The notes: generated from the sequence alone by a model not told the origin. DNA of 63,141 bases, filler included, from Choristocarpus tenellus KU-1152 (GCA_964200185.2; 13 parts of 13 records of this genome joined end to end with filler, not necessarily neighbours in it); one strand, 5' to 3'; shown: positions 1 through 13,743, counted from the first letter of the whole stretch. A program made the numbers and translations.

Positions 1-279
1 CCCCCGCCCCCCCCCCACCCCCCCCCCCCCACCCCCCCCCCCCGCGCAAAAAAAAACCCAAAAACCCCCCCCCCCCCCCCCCCCCCCCACACACACACGC
101 ACACTCTACACAATAACCCAATCAATACCCCTACTTCTTACCAATTACACACAGTCTACCAGATGATACACCACCACTACTCCTACTACTCTCCCCTACC
201 AACAAATGTAGAGAGAGAGAGAGAGAGGTAAGGCTCCTATTCAAACCACACAACGCCTACCAATGACAACCTGTTCGAT

Positions 280-3200
280 CTATCCCTTAGAGGAGTAATC
301 TCGCCGGGCATCTCGCCAATCGTAATCTCCCCCATCCCCTTTCCCTTCAAACGCAGGACAGAACACACGAAAATTGCACCAGTTGCAGAGGTGACTGGGT
401 TCCGGATGAAACCCCTCCACTAAACAGGTATTTATTTGCCTTGCCACCTCAGCCAGCTCTTGCTCCACTTCCCGGAGGTCCTCGCCAGTTACTGGCCGAG
501 TGACACTGTCAGGGCATTATACCATTAGCAGTGTGGCACAAGCAAAAAATAAAATAAAATAAAATAAAGGGAAGAAGAAAAGAGGAATGGCACAAAAAAA
601 AGAAAAATTGTTGGTATGTATGATTTATGTATGTATTATATGTACATATGTGTGGATGTATTTGTGTCTGCTTCAAGTGTCACAAGGTTGAAGATTTGTA
701 AGAAATACTGTCTCTATCACCCCCCAAAAAAAAAAAAAATTAATACACCACCATGAAGGTTGGAGATAAATTGCTGCTGCTTCAGAATCAGATCACACAG
801 TCCATTACAATCCCCCCCCCCCTCCTCCTCCCCATCCTTCCAAGAGCATAATCCATAGAAATAATGCAACAATATTGAACCCTTCACATGTAGTAAGTCT
901 GATTCACAGGCTGACTAAATCTCACTTTCCAAAAAGTTTCAGTTCTGGACCACCAATACTTCTTAATAATCCATCTGGTCTGTGGTCCAGCCCTGAGTAA
1001 ATTGCCATGAAAGGTTCAATCTAGGAGCATCAAGTACTTCTGCGATACACTCAGCAGGAGAATCAAATGCTCCAAAAAAGTACCAGTCCAGGAGGACTAC
1101 AAGAGACTTGCGGTTCGGTCTGTGGATCTATTCACTGCCCTGATACCTGCCTGACCTAATGAAGTGTCTTGACTTGGACCTGCATGTTCAGTTGCATCAC
1201 AAGCCTGACACCAATACTACTGTTAATCTTGAACACAATGGCAAAAACCACTAAAAATGAAAAAATATATAATCTTATCAAGTTTGCTCAACTGTATAGT
1301 AAAAGGTGGTTTAGTTTGGGTTTTTCCCCCACGAGCCCTCCCCAAGTGGTCCTCCACAACGTGGGCATGATAACCCTTTTGACGAAGTGTGTACAGGTAA
1401 ACCTAATCTATTAATAGCAATAATCTATATATAAAAATGCATTCATTACAATACTCAGGAAATGGAAGCACTATAAAAATGTTCACACCAATGCTCCTGT
1501 TTCTAGTGCACAAGTACATCCAACATCTCATGCAGTACCAACTGTACAAAACAAGCAACAATAGTAACACCTGCTCGGGCCTGCCAAGTAGACAAGGCTC
1601 ATCTCCTCTGGCACCTCTCCAAACTCTGCTTCCACCAGCAAAGCATACACCTGAGAATTTCGCAGACCAACACTCAACAATTATCGCCTAAACATACACA
1701 TATATATACATGTATGTTCAATCACAGTATTTATAATACTAAAGGTCCATTCACATCTCGCAGGTGATACAGGGAAGAAATAAAAGAACTTTCTGCACAA
1801 CCGCTGAACTAATATTGTACTAATACACAAGAATCACATATTAAAAATAATAATAAAATAATAATAGTCATCATCACCACCATCATACACGTGTGCCTCC
1901 AAACAAGTAGGAATCTAGAAATGAGGAAAGACAATACCCATGAATCTCATCAGGCCACAAAGTTCAACCCACCAACCCAGTGCAACCCCACCCAAAAAAA
2001 CATACGGCATGCCTTGACAACACTACTCCTTCTTACACCCCTAATTGAAACAGTCGGCACTAGTGAGTGTGCCTTAACGGACCCCGTACCTCTTACCCCT
2101 TACCCCTCACCTTCCACTACCGCCTGCTTGGTGAGCAAGTCAGTACAGGAGTACCACAATAATAATTAAAAAACCATACTCTTTCATGCTGAGCCATTTG
2201 TTAAACTCTCTACTACCAACACATTCAGGTCAAAAAGAGTGTACGGATCATAACATACCCCTTTAGTCACGTAGTAGTGGCAGTTACATGTCCTGGTCCA
2301 TCACAAGCTCATCGAACGATTTATTTGTAGGGTGCTCGATTGACAGAGAGAGATGAGTTCGTGTCTTGAATACATAAAGAACTTCATTAAGAATTAAGAG
2401 CCTGAGCACTGCAAGGGTTTCCAACAACTCAACAGCGCATGCACACATTTATTTTTACATTCAACATTAAGGCCGGGTGGAGGTAATGGGGAAGATGACT
2501 AGACAATCATAGATTTAAAAGCTAGAACAGTACCAAATCAGAAGGGTCAAAAAAAGACAAAATTAACGATTCTGCCTTCTCATTGGTCGAACACATCTGA
2601 ATTTCATCATGCCAAATTGGAAGGGTCAAAAATGGATAAATGTGATTGAACTGGCCTTCTCATTTTCCAACATATTTGAATTCTCGTCCCTCCTTTTACT
2701 TCTGGGAAATTCAAATGTATTATAGACCAATGACAAGGCCAAACACATTAAATCACTTACAATCCGTTTTTCACTCTTCCGATTTGGTCCAATTGTAACA
2801 TAAGACTACCGTGCAAAAATTGCATAATCTGTAACCGGAATAGTGATCCCGTTAGCAACCAATAAAATAACAAAAAATCTGGGCAGAATGATAGCGTCAC
2901 CTAGGATTGGCTGTTAAATTTACATATTATGTATCATACTAAATGTTAACACATACCATAGCAACCACTAACATTCAATGTATCATAGTAACACAAAATG
3001 TACTACAACAAACACACAACACACTTGTTCAAAAACATTTGCTCCTGGTGGTAAACCTCCTCCACCCCCCCCACCCAACTCCCCCCAACCAAACATCTCT
3101 TATCACCCGCCTTTACCAACACCTACCACCACCAAGAAGAAGCCAGCGTCAGCATGGCAAGAGCAAGAGACGACTACTTTTCCATTCCCCTTCCCCATCC

Positions 3201-6200
3201 AGTCTTCAGGGAAGGGGCCCCCACACACCTTAAGCTGGAAGAACTTGGAGTCCATTATCCGCTTGTTTGCGGCCTTGGTATACTTCAGATTTGGCACTTT
3301 TCCCGTTTTGTAATCAACTACTCTCAGCTTGCCACTTGGCAGCCTGTTGCGTAAGAATTGGGGTGGTTTGGGGGTAAACACACAACATACTCTTATTTTT
3401 TATTGGAAGGCTTATGCGTATGTATGTTTTTCGTTTTTGGATAAAAAATGAAGAGAACGGTGTCAATGAAGAGGTGGTATCAGTAAGGAGAATAGAACCA
3501 ATGGAGACAAACAAGACCAACCAAGTCAGCATCTGACAGAACTAGGTACAACACATCCCCATCTGTTATGTAATAGCTACTATAGTAGTGTACTCAGAGA
3601 AGAAGCAGGCCCCCTCTGCTTCTTCTTTCACCAAAGCAACACAATTATGAAGGCATTCTCAGAACCGAAATGCCACTAAAAAAAAAACTATTCCTATTCA
3701 TTGGGCACATCCTTACCTATCAATTTTTTGTACTGTAATGCATGTATTGCTGCAAAAACAAAAAAGAGATATAAACAGAGAACCACTTACACCTCGCCCC
3801 AGCAAAAGAAAACAAGTGTCCAAATTACAGGTATTATATACCATGCTGATATTATGAGCGTACGGTACTATATTGAGGGCTAGTTTATACTACAGTACTA
3901 AATCATAAAACACACCAGAATACAGTAGTTTCCATTACCACAGAGTTGCAGAGCAGAATATATATATACTTCTCATTGTGCAAACACTATTGACAAAATA
4001 TTCCTAGCATAAGCTAGTGTACCATACAACTCTTTCTTCAACAATAAAAACAAATCTACTAAAACCATAATAATAATAATAATTCTAACACTACCAATAG
4101 CACCTACAAAAAATGCCATACTAAAACACAGTTTAACGCAATAGAAAAGTCATTATTATATATCAAAACACCACAACAGTAGTAGAGTGGGACACAAAAA
4201 CATGCCTCCCAAGAACATCCAACAGCAGTTACACAGAGGATATTTGTCCCACACAGCTTCAGAACATCAAAACACACACAACAGATAAACTCTTAGAACA
4301 GTGCTTCTCATTCACCTGTCTAAGCGGTCAATGATACCCGTGACCTTAACTGTCATTTCCTCCTCCTCCCCCTCCCCCTCCCCCTCCCCATCCCCCTCCT
4401 GACTTGAGTTCACCTCCAGATCAGGCGAGCTTCCATCTGGAGCATTATTTTTAGGCGGTGATGGCAATGACGCCTGAAGGAGCTGTGGTTTGTTGACGTT
4501 GATGACATAGCTGTGGCTTTCAAACAAAGGTAGGCGATATCAATCAATCTATAACGATCACATCTCCTTCAAGGGGCAAGCAGCAGCAGCAGCAGCATCA
4601 TCATCATCATCATCATCCTCGTAGAAGTACATGTGACACAAGTTGGTAAAAATATCAACTTTCAATTTTTACTTCATAAAAAAAATATATAGTAATGTGT
4701 ATATACACTTAGTACAGATCAAAACCAGAGGAAGGTCTGAATGAAATCATACAAATGAAAAATTATATTTTACTTCATACAAAAAAATCGATCAAGATTC
4801 ACACATAAACAAATAATACTCCACCCTCTGCTACTAAGGCAAGGCATAAACTAGATATTAACACTATGCAACTACACGACAAAAGCAAACACCAAAAATA
4901 CAACATTTTTTCTTTCTTACAGTGATTATACACATATGACGCATCCCTGAGAGGAATTGTCTCTCTACTGAGGGATTTTCTGCTTGTTTTCACCCAAAAA
5001 TGCCTTCCCCAGCATCATACAATACAGGTTAAGGTGACACATTAACTAGACTCTCTTTTAGTGAAGTACATCAAAGCAACACAACCTCCACACTATGGTT
5101 CCCACAAAGCATAGCTTCTGATTCAGTTACTACAGAGCAAGCAGATCATCACTACAGAGCAATCCGAGCATCGCCACAGAGGAAAATGGGGCATTCCTAC
5201 AAAGCAAAATAGAACGTCGCCACAGAGCAAAGCAAAGCCCCCATTCCACCTTTGCAAGGATTTTCTTCATATGCAGAATTAACAAGGGCAGCTCCCAGAA
5301 ATTCAATGTCCACAGCTAGCTGTGGTTGCCTGGGTCAGTAAATTTTCGCACACACATTCCACAATTTAAAAACTTTCCTAGAGTCCTGTGTGGCATCTTT
5401 TGATGACATGGAACAACCTGCTGCCATATGCAGCTCTCAATAGAAGGCACCCCTCCGCATTGAACTCTTCCAGTCGAGGGCAACAACAGTGGACTGCTCA
5501 GTGTATGCACCCCTTCATTAATGCTTTCTGAGAGGACTCAGGGCAGCAAAAAGTAGTTTGCCCAGGTGCGATGACCCTCACGGCAAGTTCTCTCCATACC
5601 TTACTCTAATATCGTATACCATCATGCAAGGCCCATTCTTGGTTAACTGCCATTGTGGCTTAGTGGTAAAGGAATCTCTTCCTTCCATGGATTTCACAGG
5701 TTCAAACCCCATCAATAATACATTGATATCACCAGGTCTATTCCATCTGTCCAGGCAGCTGGGATGGTCTAAGTCCAGGTCATAGCCATAGTGCCACTAA
5801 CATGGCCCACACATGTTGAAACAAATAGTCAAAGGCCTTAACAACCCTGTAAAAATATATTGCTATCAGGCTTGACCACAGCTGACACAATGAAACAGTT
5901 TACAGTCACGGACTTGCCCCATCAGAACATATTGGTACCAGGATGGTCCGCAACCCGGTCCAAATAAAATTGTTTACAGTCATGGTCAAGCCCTGTCGGA
6001 ACATAATGATACCAGGTCAGCTAGCAGCCCTTTCGCACTGAAACAGTCAATGGCCATAAAAAAAAAGGTAGAATAACCAGACCAGCCCTGTACAAGCAAG
6101 GGTTGGGTGGGCCTGATCAAAGTATGCCCAAAATTGTCCTAAATACACACGGGAATTAATACAGTTATATATGTGCGTTTATGTATTTCTTCAACCAACA

Positions 6201-7798
6201 CCTTCCCTGCAGTTGCCATATGATCAACTGGGACCCAACAGGACCAGTTTCTTAGAATATATCTCCTACCGAGGCCACAAGCTAGCCCACAGCCAGGTCT
6301 GCATATAATCTCTGACAGCACTGGATGGACATGTCAGAAAACATTCAAACCTATCTGACCCTTCACTGGGCAGGTTTCAATACTTGATGGACCTGGTCTG
6401 AACAGGTCAAAAATATTGGAACCGACCCAGCCCACAGGATGGTCCCTTCGCATATGCTCAGCTATACAAACAAGAAAAAACGGGCTTCACACCTAATAAC
6501 ATCAGAGGTACACCTCATCATGTCATATCAACTTGCAGACTCCCTCATATTTAGTTGACAGCAATCTATGGTTTCTCAGGAAAATCAGCACTTCACTGAA
6601 CATATAACTAGGGTCCAAATAAGAACCACGCTCCCCCCGACCAGCCACGCCTACCTCATTCGCATCTCCACAGCCTCCACATCCACATCTGGTTTCCAGG
6701 ATTCCAAAACCAAGAAGTTTCCTAATAGATCAAGGCAGCCCATCGCCCACTTTTTCTCTTCTTCACGGTTGGCAAACATAGACCTGTAATGTTGGGGATG
6801 CACCTGTAACGTATGGAATATATTCAAATGACAGGTTTGGACATAAAAGCAATTAATTATAGGTATTTTGTAGTAAACTGCAACACTTACTCTCTTTTCA
6901 ATCCTAACCCGAGAGTACCAAAACCTGTGTCTAAATATGGACGATTTCAAAGTCAGTCACAGTCCTCAAGTTAGTGTCTTCATCACTTCCGATATCACAG
7001 ACACAATGGATGTAAAAAAAAAAGAAAGATTTTTCGAGATGTGAGGTACTACCGACTAATTGAACTGCATAAAAAAAGAGTGGTTGATGCCATCGGAGAT
7101 ATTTTGCGTCACGAATTGTTCACATCCCAAAATGTCACCTCGCCCTCCTTTTGTTTTCTTATCAGCTCCAATACGGACTCCTTGAAAAGTTGGTGAAGCC
7201 CATGGATATTCCTGGATGCTATCGGTAGGGAGAAGAATTTGGAGAGCGCATCGTGTATCAGGATGCCACCAAGTTGAGCCTGGGAAGTGGACTCTGGCAA
7301 ACGTTGGATATGCCTGGCAAGAGATAACGTTTCTATGGTTCAGAGTAATCCTTTACGCTGTGAGGTATATGCCACTTAAGGTACTGCAAGTTCGTTCATT
7401 CAAACAGAACAACGAGGAGATCCACGAACCACTTGAATTTCTCACCTGAACTCGTACAACTTAGGGCAATCCTGAAAGCAGGTGACCCTTGTTGGTGAGA
7501 AGATAGTCTCGTTTACATCATATGTTACCTCTTCCTCGCCACCACTGCTACTATCAGCAGGAACGCTTGCAACTTCGGAACCCGTAGATGGAGAGGTAGA
7601 GACCGCACCGAGGTTAGCACTGAGGTTCAAGTGTCTTCCACAGGAAACACCAAATGATCTGCCATGTCGCATTGTAGCTTGAATTGCCGCGAATCCTGTT
7701 GAGGATCGAATTGTCCCCATCCAAGACATAACTATAATGGCAAGTGGATAAAGCGCCACAGGCAAGTGGTGTCTTGTGATCCGACCCAGACCAGGCAT
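280..7798 (-). CDS. PD-(D/E)XK nuclease superfamily protein (RecB-family exonuclease, AddB/Cas4-like, 4-Cys Fe-S type), complete, 7 exons, 430 aa
   Basis: Exons 7446-7798, 7139-7313, 6655-6803, 4316-4510, 3229-3343, 1571-1650 and 280-505. All introns are GT-AG with compatible phases; total 1293 nt. Motifs: FSPTRVTCFQDCPKLYEFR, GILIHDAL, VEAVEMRM, VTGIIDRLDR, LRVVDYKTGK, FFQLKVYALL, LVYL, and C-terminal PSHLCNWCNFRVFCP. Confidence 0.92.
2532..2788. mobile_element. Foldback/MITE-like element in a nuclease intron
   Basis: Termini ACCAAATCAGAAGGGTCAAAA and TTTTCACTCTTCCGATTTGGT are inverted repeats. The left arm is tandemly duplicated (about 2592-2665). Confidence 0.55.
5648..5716 (+). mobile_element. 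tRNA-derived SINE head (degenerate)
   Basis: A-box-like TGGCTTAGTGG and B-box-like GGTTCAAACC at tRNA-like spacing; no intact cloverleaf. Confidence 0.4.
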
Positions 7799-8496
7799 CT
7801 CCCCTCTTTATCCTACAACAAATTACCTCCTTCCTCTTTTCTCAACCCATGTACCCAGATCATACCATGTACATTTCATAATTCCAAATTGTAGAGAAAG
7901 GTAGAATATGGTGAATACTACTATTTCCTATATTTCATTATTATTTATTATTATTATACCCTCTCACATTTTGTAGGTGTGTCAAAGGCAAAACCAATGG
8001 AAAACATTCAAATGTCAAAACAACCACTAACATGAATACTACTAACATCAATGATTATTGGGATTGTCAGGGACAGGTTCCTTTTTTGGGATCTCCGACA
8101 CTCACATTATGCATAAGACGCGCGGTCATATACAATTGCGCGCGCCAACAACGTCATTTGAGCTCATCCATACCGATCAGTCCGATAAACCAACCACACC
8201 CATAAGATCCGGATTTGACCAAACAGCCGAAATGGACCATCCAGAACGAAGAGCCGTTCCGATTCTGATTGATCCATCACTTTGCTGTGACATTGCTCAG
8301 TCAGTCGGGAACATCTGTTGTGTTTTAAGGTTTTTGGTATGTACTGGATTTCCTCATCTGTTCTGAGATGTAGAGCCAAGATCTTTGAAACTCGGTCTCA
8401 CCCTCTGAGCTGAAGGAGTTTCAGTCCGGTGATTGTGATTGCCCCCTTGAGCAGAGAACTTGGCACATTTGACACTTCCACAGCATATATATATAT

Positions 8497-8751
8497 TATG
8501 CCCTCTGACATTTTGCAGATGTGTCAGGGGGGAAACCAATGAAAACTATACATAATATGTCGTTATCAGCCATAAAGAAATAAAATATCCTAAACATAAG
8601 AACACTATAAAACATTGTGAATGTGGAAAACACTAATCTATCAGTTACTTCCCCACTATAATATATTGTACTACTGTCATCCTTTGCTTCCCATCTACCT
8701 ACTCCTGTGCCCCGGGGGGGGGAGCTAGGGAGGCATCCCAAGAATCCAACA
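8497..8751. repeat. Interspersed repeat with 5' hairpin (second copy 21293-21524)
   Basis: TATGCCCTCTGACATTTTGCAGATGTGTCAGGGGG...GGGAGGCATCCCAAGAA occurs in two different contigs. Confidence 0.8.
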
Positions 8752-8777
8752 GAGACCGAAAGTATCTGGGAGGGGGG

Positions 8778-8877
8778 NNNNNNNNNNNNNNNNNNNNNNN
8801 NNNNNNNNNNNNNNNNNNNNNTTAATTAATTAANNNNNNNNNNNNNNNNNNNNNNNNNNNNNNNNNNNNNNNNNNNN
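8778..8877. other. Artificial contig linker N44-TTAATTAATTAA-N44 (first of 12)
   Basis: Identical 100-nt linkers start at 8778, 15977, 19241, 22752, 32260, 35227, 43365, 46533, 49617, 52519, 55752 and 59878. TTAATTAATTAA gives stop codons in all six frames. Confidence 0.95.
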
Positions 8878-9150
8878 AGCACAGGCCCCCCCTCTCAAGC
8901 AACAGGGTGGGTAGGAGGGAATTTGCTCAGGGGCTTAACCATCCTAATACTGCTGGCACTGCACTGTGTGCAGTTGACTATCTGTTAGTCTGTGCCTCTG
9001 CAACTCCATCTCCTTAACAAACAGCACCATGCATGACCTACTATCCCATGAAAAACCCATGTTTACATTTTTCTTCTTTTTTCACATTCAATGTCACTTG
9101 TACAAAACGCAGTTTTGCATACAAAACTACCCCCTTTGTTCGCGCTCAAG

Positions 9151-9264
9151 AATCTGGGATTATTATGCAACAGGAGAAATCCCTGACAGCTGTGAACACG
9201 CAATGGCAAAAGGGACAAGAGACACCCTCCGAACACAGCAAAGTCGCACGAAACCTCTGTCAAA
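9151..9264 (+). CDS. Putative internal exon of an unidentified gene
   Basis: AG|...|GTAACT boundaries; open frame IWDYYATGEIPDSCEHAMAKG...; no family recognised. Confidence 0.25.
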
Positions 9265-10267
9265 GTAACTGAGCTTGGCCGACCGACCATTTTGGGGTCT
9301 GACCTACTACTTCCTCATTTCGAGGCTACCCTCTGTTGCATTGTTTCCCCACTGTATTCCTTGCCCTGACTGTCTCACCTCCTCACCTCGTACCTTGTCA
9401 TGCAGGGCTTTGGTGGAACCCAATCTTGCCCTCTCATTGTGCTGCCTTATGCAAAAGTTACATCATTTTCCCACTGTCCAGTCATTTGTATACATATTAT
9501 CGGGAGACCATAGTTGCGTATGTTGCCATCATCCCATTTCCCCCCAAATGCAGCGCATATTCCCCAGGGTTCAATTCTAAACACCCTGCAATCATGGTTC
9601 GGAGGACAGAGTTTCCCTCACTCCAGTCAAGGTAGTTGGACCGAACGACAACCACTATAGGTCCTTCTCGATCTTTAGTCTCTATTGTGAACAGTATTGA
9701 TGCTGATGGATAGATTCTATACCTGCCCTTCTACAGTGGAAAGAGGGGTATAGTGACCTAGCATATCTGTGTTGTTAGCCAATTTCATGTATCACCAAAC
9801 GGATGGTTGATCTCTGTCAGCGAATTTTCCACCTTGAAATGGTTTGGGTTGATCATGTTAGTTCAAGTTGTGCTATGTCATTTTGTTTCTTACGGTGCAA
9901 TGTGCGGTGCAGTTTTCGTACGATTGAAATTTGTTTCTACTCTCTGAAATGGGTTAACGTGATGTGATGTGGTCACATCGTCTTCCCATGATGTTGTGTG
10001 TTATTCATCATGGGTTCATGAAACAACTTGAAGTGATTTGATGTGTTCAAGTCATTACATTTTTCTTGGCGTGTCATACACTGTTAGTTGTGTACTTCAT
10101 TTCAACTTTCTGAAATATGTGAATTTCGGCGTGTTGTGGGGCGAAAAACGCTATAATGACGACCCCCCTGCAACCCCACTTTAACTCGTCCTGTTGGAGG
10201 ATATCATTTGACCCAGTGTGTTCATGGCCACTGTTGGAAGTGTCTTATGAATAGTGCAAAGGAATCT

Positions 10268-10326
10268 GATACCGATGGGATTCGAACTCGGGATATGTAC
10301 GCAACAATTAACCACCTCCGGCTATA
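10268..10326 (-). mobile_element. tRNA-derived SINE head (degenerate)
   Basis: Minus strand reads TAGCCGGAGGTGG (A-box-like) ... GAGTTCGAATCCC (B-box). Confidence 0.4.
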
Positions 10327-11002
10327 AGCAAGAACATGAGAGACTTTTCGCACTGATTTTGAAAACTTATTACTAGTATGGAAGATGCTGTGGGGTGGTA
10401 GGTAATCTCACACCAACACAGTCTACACTATCAAGAGGACTTTGGCGCAATGGGGAAGCAGCTCGCGATTGTGCTCTCCTTGTTAGCACTGGTCTTTCTG
10501 TGAGTATGAAAGATGAGATTGCTGTCCCGAAGTCTTGCCCCAAATTGAGATATCCGACAAGATGTTCTATCCTGTTTGTTGACATCCAATACCTACCTCC
10601 ATGGATTCAATTTTCTCCAGTACTGTCGTTTTTATGTTACTTGTTGCAATCTCACTTTTTCCTCTGTCTGATAATGCCCATGCCCTGTGGTTGGTTGAAG
10701 TATGTAAGGGAAAACGCTACCCACAAATTCTACTCCGGGGTATTCTTTCGTCTCCAAAACGTAGAACATCCTTAGTGTTACAAGCGTCCAGGGGACTTAC
10801 TGAGTTTTCTCAATGGCTCAAAGTATCTGGGGGGAGGGGGGGTTACAACATCATGAAGTAACTTACTCCCTATCAGCCTTTTCCTTTTCCCCTCACAACA
10901 GCAAAAGTAATGGACTGGTTAAATCCATCGACCTGATTGAAAATCATCGAGTTAGCCACCTTTACGCTGAATCTGATTATCACAGCTTATAAGCCACCTT
11001 TT

Positions 11003-11219
11003 GACTCAAAGTATCTGGGGGGGGGGCTTATAAGGCTTTTTTTGTTAATGAGACGGCGACCGGCGGGATCTACACAAGGGTGTCCATTTGGACCCTGACC
11101 AGGAAAAGTGCACTTACATTATCCATCCGAAACATGCAACCAAATCACCCAATAATTGCGTCATGGAAAAATGGGTCCCAAATGTACAGCTGTCACCCCC
11201 CCCCAAGATACTTTGGCCC
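11003..11219. mobile_element. MITE family A copy
   Basis: TIRs GACTCAAAGTATCTGGGG / CCCCAAGATACTTTGGCCC, with the internal core shared by other copies. Confidence 0.8.
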
Positions 11220-13743
11220 AATTCTTTCTGATTCCGCTTCCCAAATATTTTGACGATGACTGTGGTTTAGGGTTTTATTCAGAGCCCTGAGGCCAGGCGC
11301 CCAAGAGTATTCACGTAGTTTCGAGGTTGCTGACGAAACTTACCAAAGGTTTGGACAAGGTCTAGTAGAGAGTGAGGGAAGTCTGAGGAGGCAGGCAAAC
11401 GAGCAGACAGCAGTGGGGAATGGCATTGAAGTAGGTGAGCAACTCTTACTTCATTAATGTCGCATGTTTTCCTTGCAATTATGAACGTCAGGTTAGATTG
11501 CCGGATAAGCTGCATTTATGGGTATAGACGGTATAGGTCATGCTGTGTGAAGAAATGCTATGTGGATGGTTCGTCGCTGCCTGGACATATTATGGTTTTA
11601 ACGAATGGAAAATAGGCTCGGTGTGCTTTATAGCTCCATCCAGCTGTCTACAACCATCTAAGCAGTACATACAGACTATTGTTGTGTTCGCTGTTCTGTC
11701 TAGTTTGTTGTTTTTATCTTCTCGGCGATATCATGTGCGACATGTCAGTCGGCGTAACATGATATATTCGTACGATCGTACGCGAAGAAGTGATTGGATG
11801 CTTCCCCCTCCTAAAGCCCATCCCAACTGCCTCGAGGCTTCCCTTCCTCTATTGTAATGTTGCAATTTCAAGGAACGTCAGCAGAGTTCCCATGAATTCG
11901 CCAACGCAGTTCTCCTCTGTTGTGTTGCAGTGTGGCGTGTCAGTTTGTTCTGAACGAAGTTAGGAGTACAACACCCATGTTGAGCCCCCCTACTACGACT
12001 CTCTTTGGAGCACCTCCAGGAGGTGGTCATACCTTCTGGACCCCCTCATGAGCTCGACAAGCCTGCTTGCTATTACTCAACAGAGTTGTATGCAATGCGA
12101 ACCAAGACTGGAGAGGAAGAGGAAGACCATTCATTGACCCTGCCTCCCCCCTCGCCCAATTGGTCCGGGCGTGGTGGTTGTTCTTACAATGACAATTAGA
12201 CTGCGAAAAGTGGCTCACATTTAGATCCTGAGAGCCAGTGCATTTTTAGTCCTTTTAACCCTGGTATACTCACGCACAGACACCTGTTGCACTCATTCCT
12301 TGCGTCTTCTCACCTCATGCAACACATTTGCAATCCTTGACGGATTGGCACCGATATGCACGGATGATTTGGGCTTAGCTAAACCCCGAGGGAAGAAACA
12401 TTCTCTGGACGCTGAAGCGTTCTGGAAGGTGAGTTCAGCTGAAACAGGGTGGGAGATGGGGATAGGGTGCAGGGAACCCAGGAGGAGGGGTACATATTTA
12501 GAGGAAGGCTTGCGACCCATGCTTGACCCTGAAACTACAATTTCTGTTTTACGTCGACTTGATCTTCATTTAACGTGGACAGCTAAGAATGTCATGGGAT
12601 GTCGGCAATCCCTGTTGATGGCTTGTTCCTGCCTCTGATGCGCAGTTGGGAGGGAGGAAGTGATCTGGGGCTTAAGGCCATCTGTACCATACTACAGTAG
12701 TTGGGTGTTTTAGGCGCTCCCTCGGTGTTGACACCGGGGAGGAAGTGCACCTATATGGAGGCATTATTGACGACTAAATCTGACCAGGCGTTTACGAATA
12801 TCGTTAGTGTGTGTTGATTTTTGGGGAAGTAAAGTCTTGTGCAATAGTATAGTAATATGTAGCGAAAGAAGGCGGACCTGCACCGATACTCCAGTGTAGA
12901 CTTCCTATCTAAGGTTACGTTTCTTGAAAGGAGAATAATTCCTGGACGGATCAGACTTTTCCCCTCCGGAAACTAACTGGGCTTCTTTACGGCTGGTAGG
13001 ATTCGGTAGTCAAAGCAACCACCTATCTGGAGGTGGTTGCTGCCCTTACGCAAGCGCGGTAGTCTGAGATACAAAACAGACCATGGTGTAGACCAAAAAC
13101 AGAAAAGATGTTCTCTGTGTGTGCATGTGGATGTGCATGTGTTGTAGAGGGTTTGAGAATTCCAAGTCCAGAATTTCGGAAGGCCATGTCCTTAGCTAGA
13201 GTTCTCGATTGATCGATTGATCGATTGATTAGCACGCAATAGTTTGATGCAATGATGCAATGATGCAATGATGCAGTGATGCAATGGCGCCCCAAAAACA
13301 TATTACTGAGCTCTTTTGCGCTAAAGGTTTAAATATTGGTATGTAATCCAAGTGACCGTCGTCTTGACAAGCGCATTTTGATTACCGAGGATGGCTGTTA
13401 TGTTATGGTGCCACACACCAGCTTGGAGTGTCTTTGTACTATACAGCCTGCATGGGGTTCTTATTTGCAAAGTTCGTGGGCACTATTAGCTGAAACCACT
13501 CTCTACGGTAGTCAATATATATCCACGTATGTCAAGGTGCCCTTGAAACTCAATGAACCCCCCCTTCTTAGATGGTACATTACTGGTGGTCTTTGAGAAA
13601 CTTGCCATGAATGGGATGAGTAGATGGATGCCTTGGGTGGAATGGCCTCGATCTGCCAAGCACAGCCCTTGCCATGGGGCCAAGCATGTTACAGTTACAG
13701 CTGTAGCATGACTACACACGCAGAAATGTTGATTACCAAAGAA

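Noticed and set aside
5860-6450. Degenerate ~80-bp repeated motifs in a nuclease intron
   Set aside because: Probably an old satellite or TE relic; boundaries and unit could not be defined reliably.
8822-8833. Recurrent TTAATTAATTAA palindrome as a biological motif
   Set aside because: It is always centred in identical N-runs, so it is an assembly linker.
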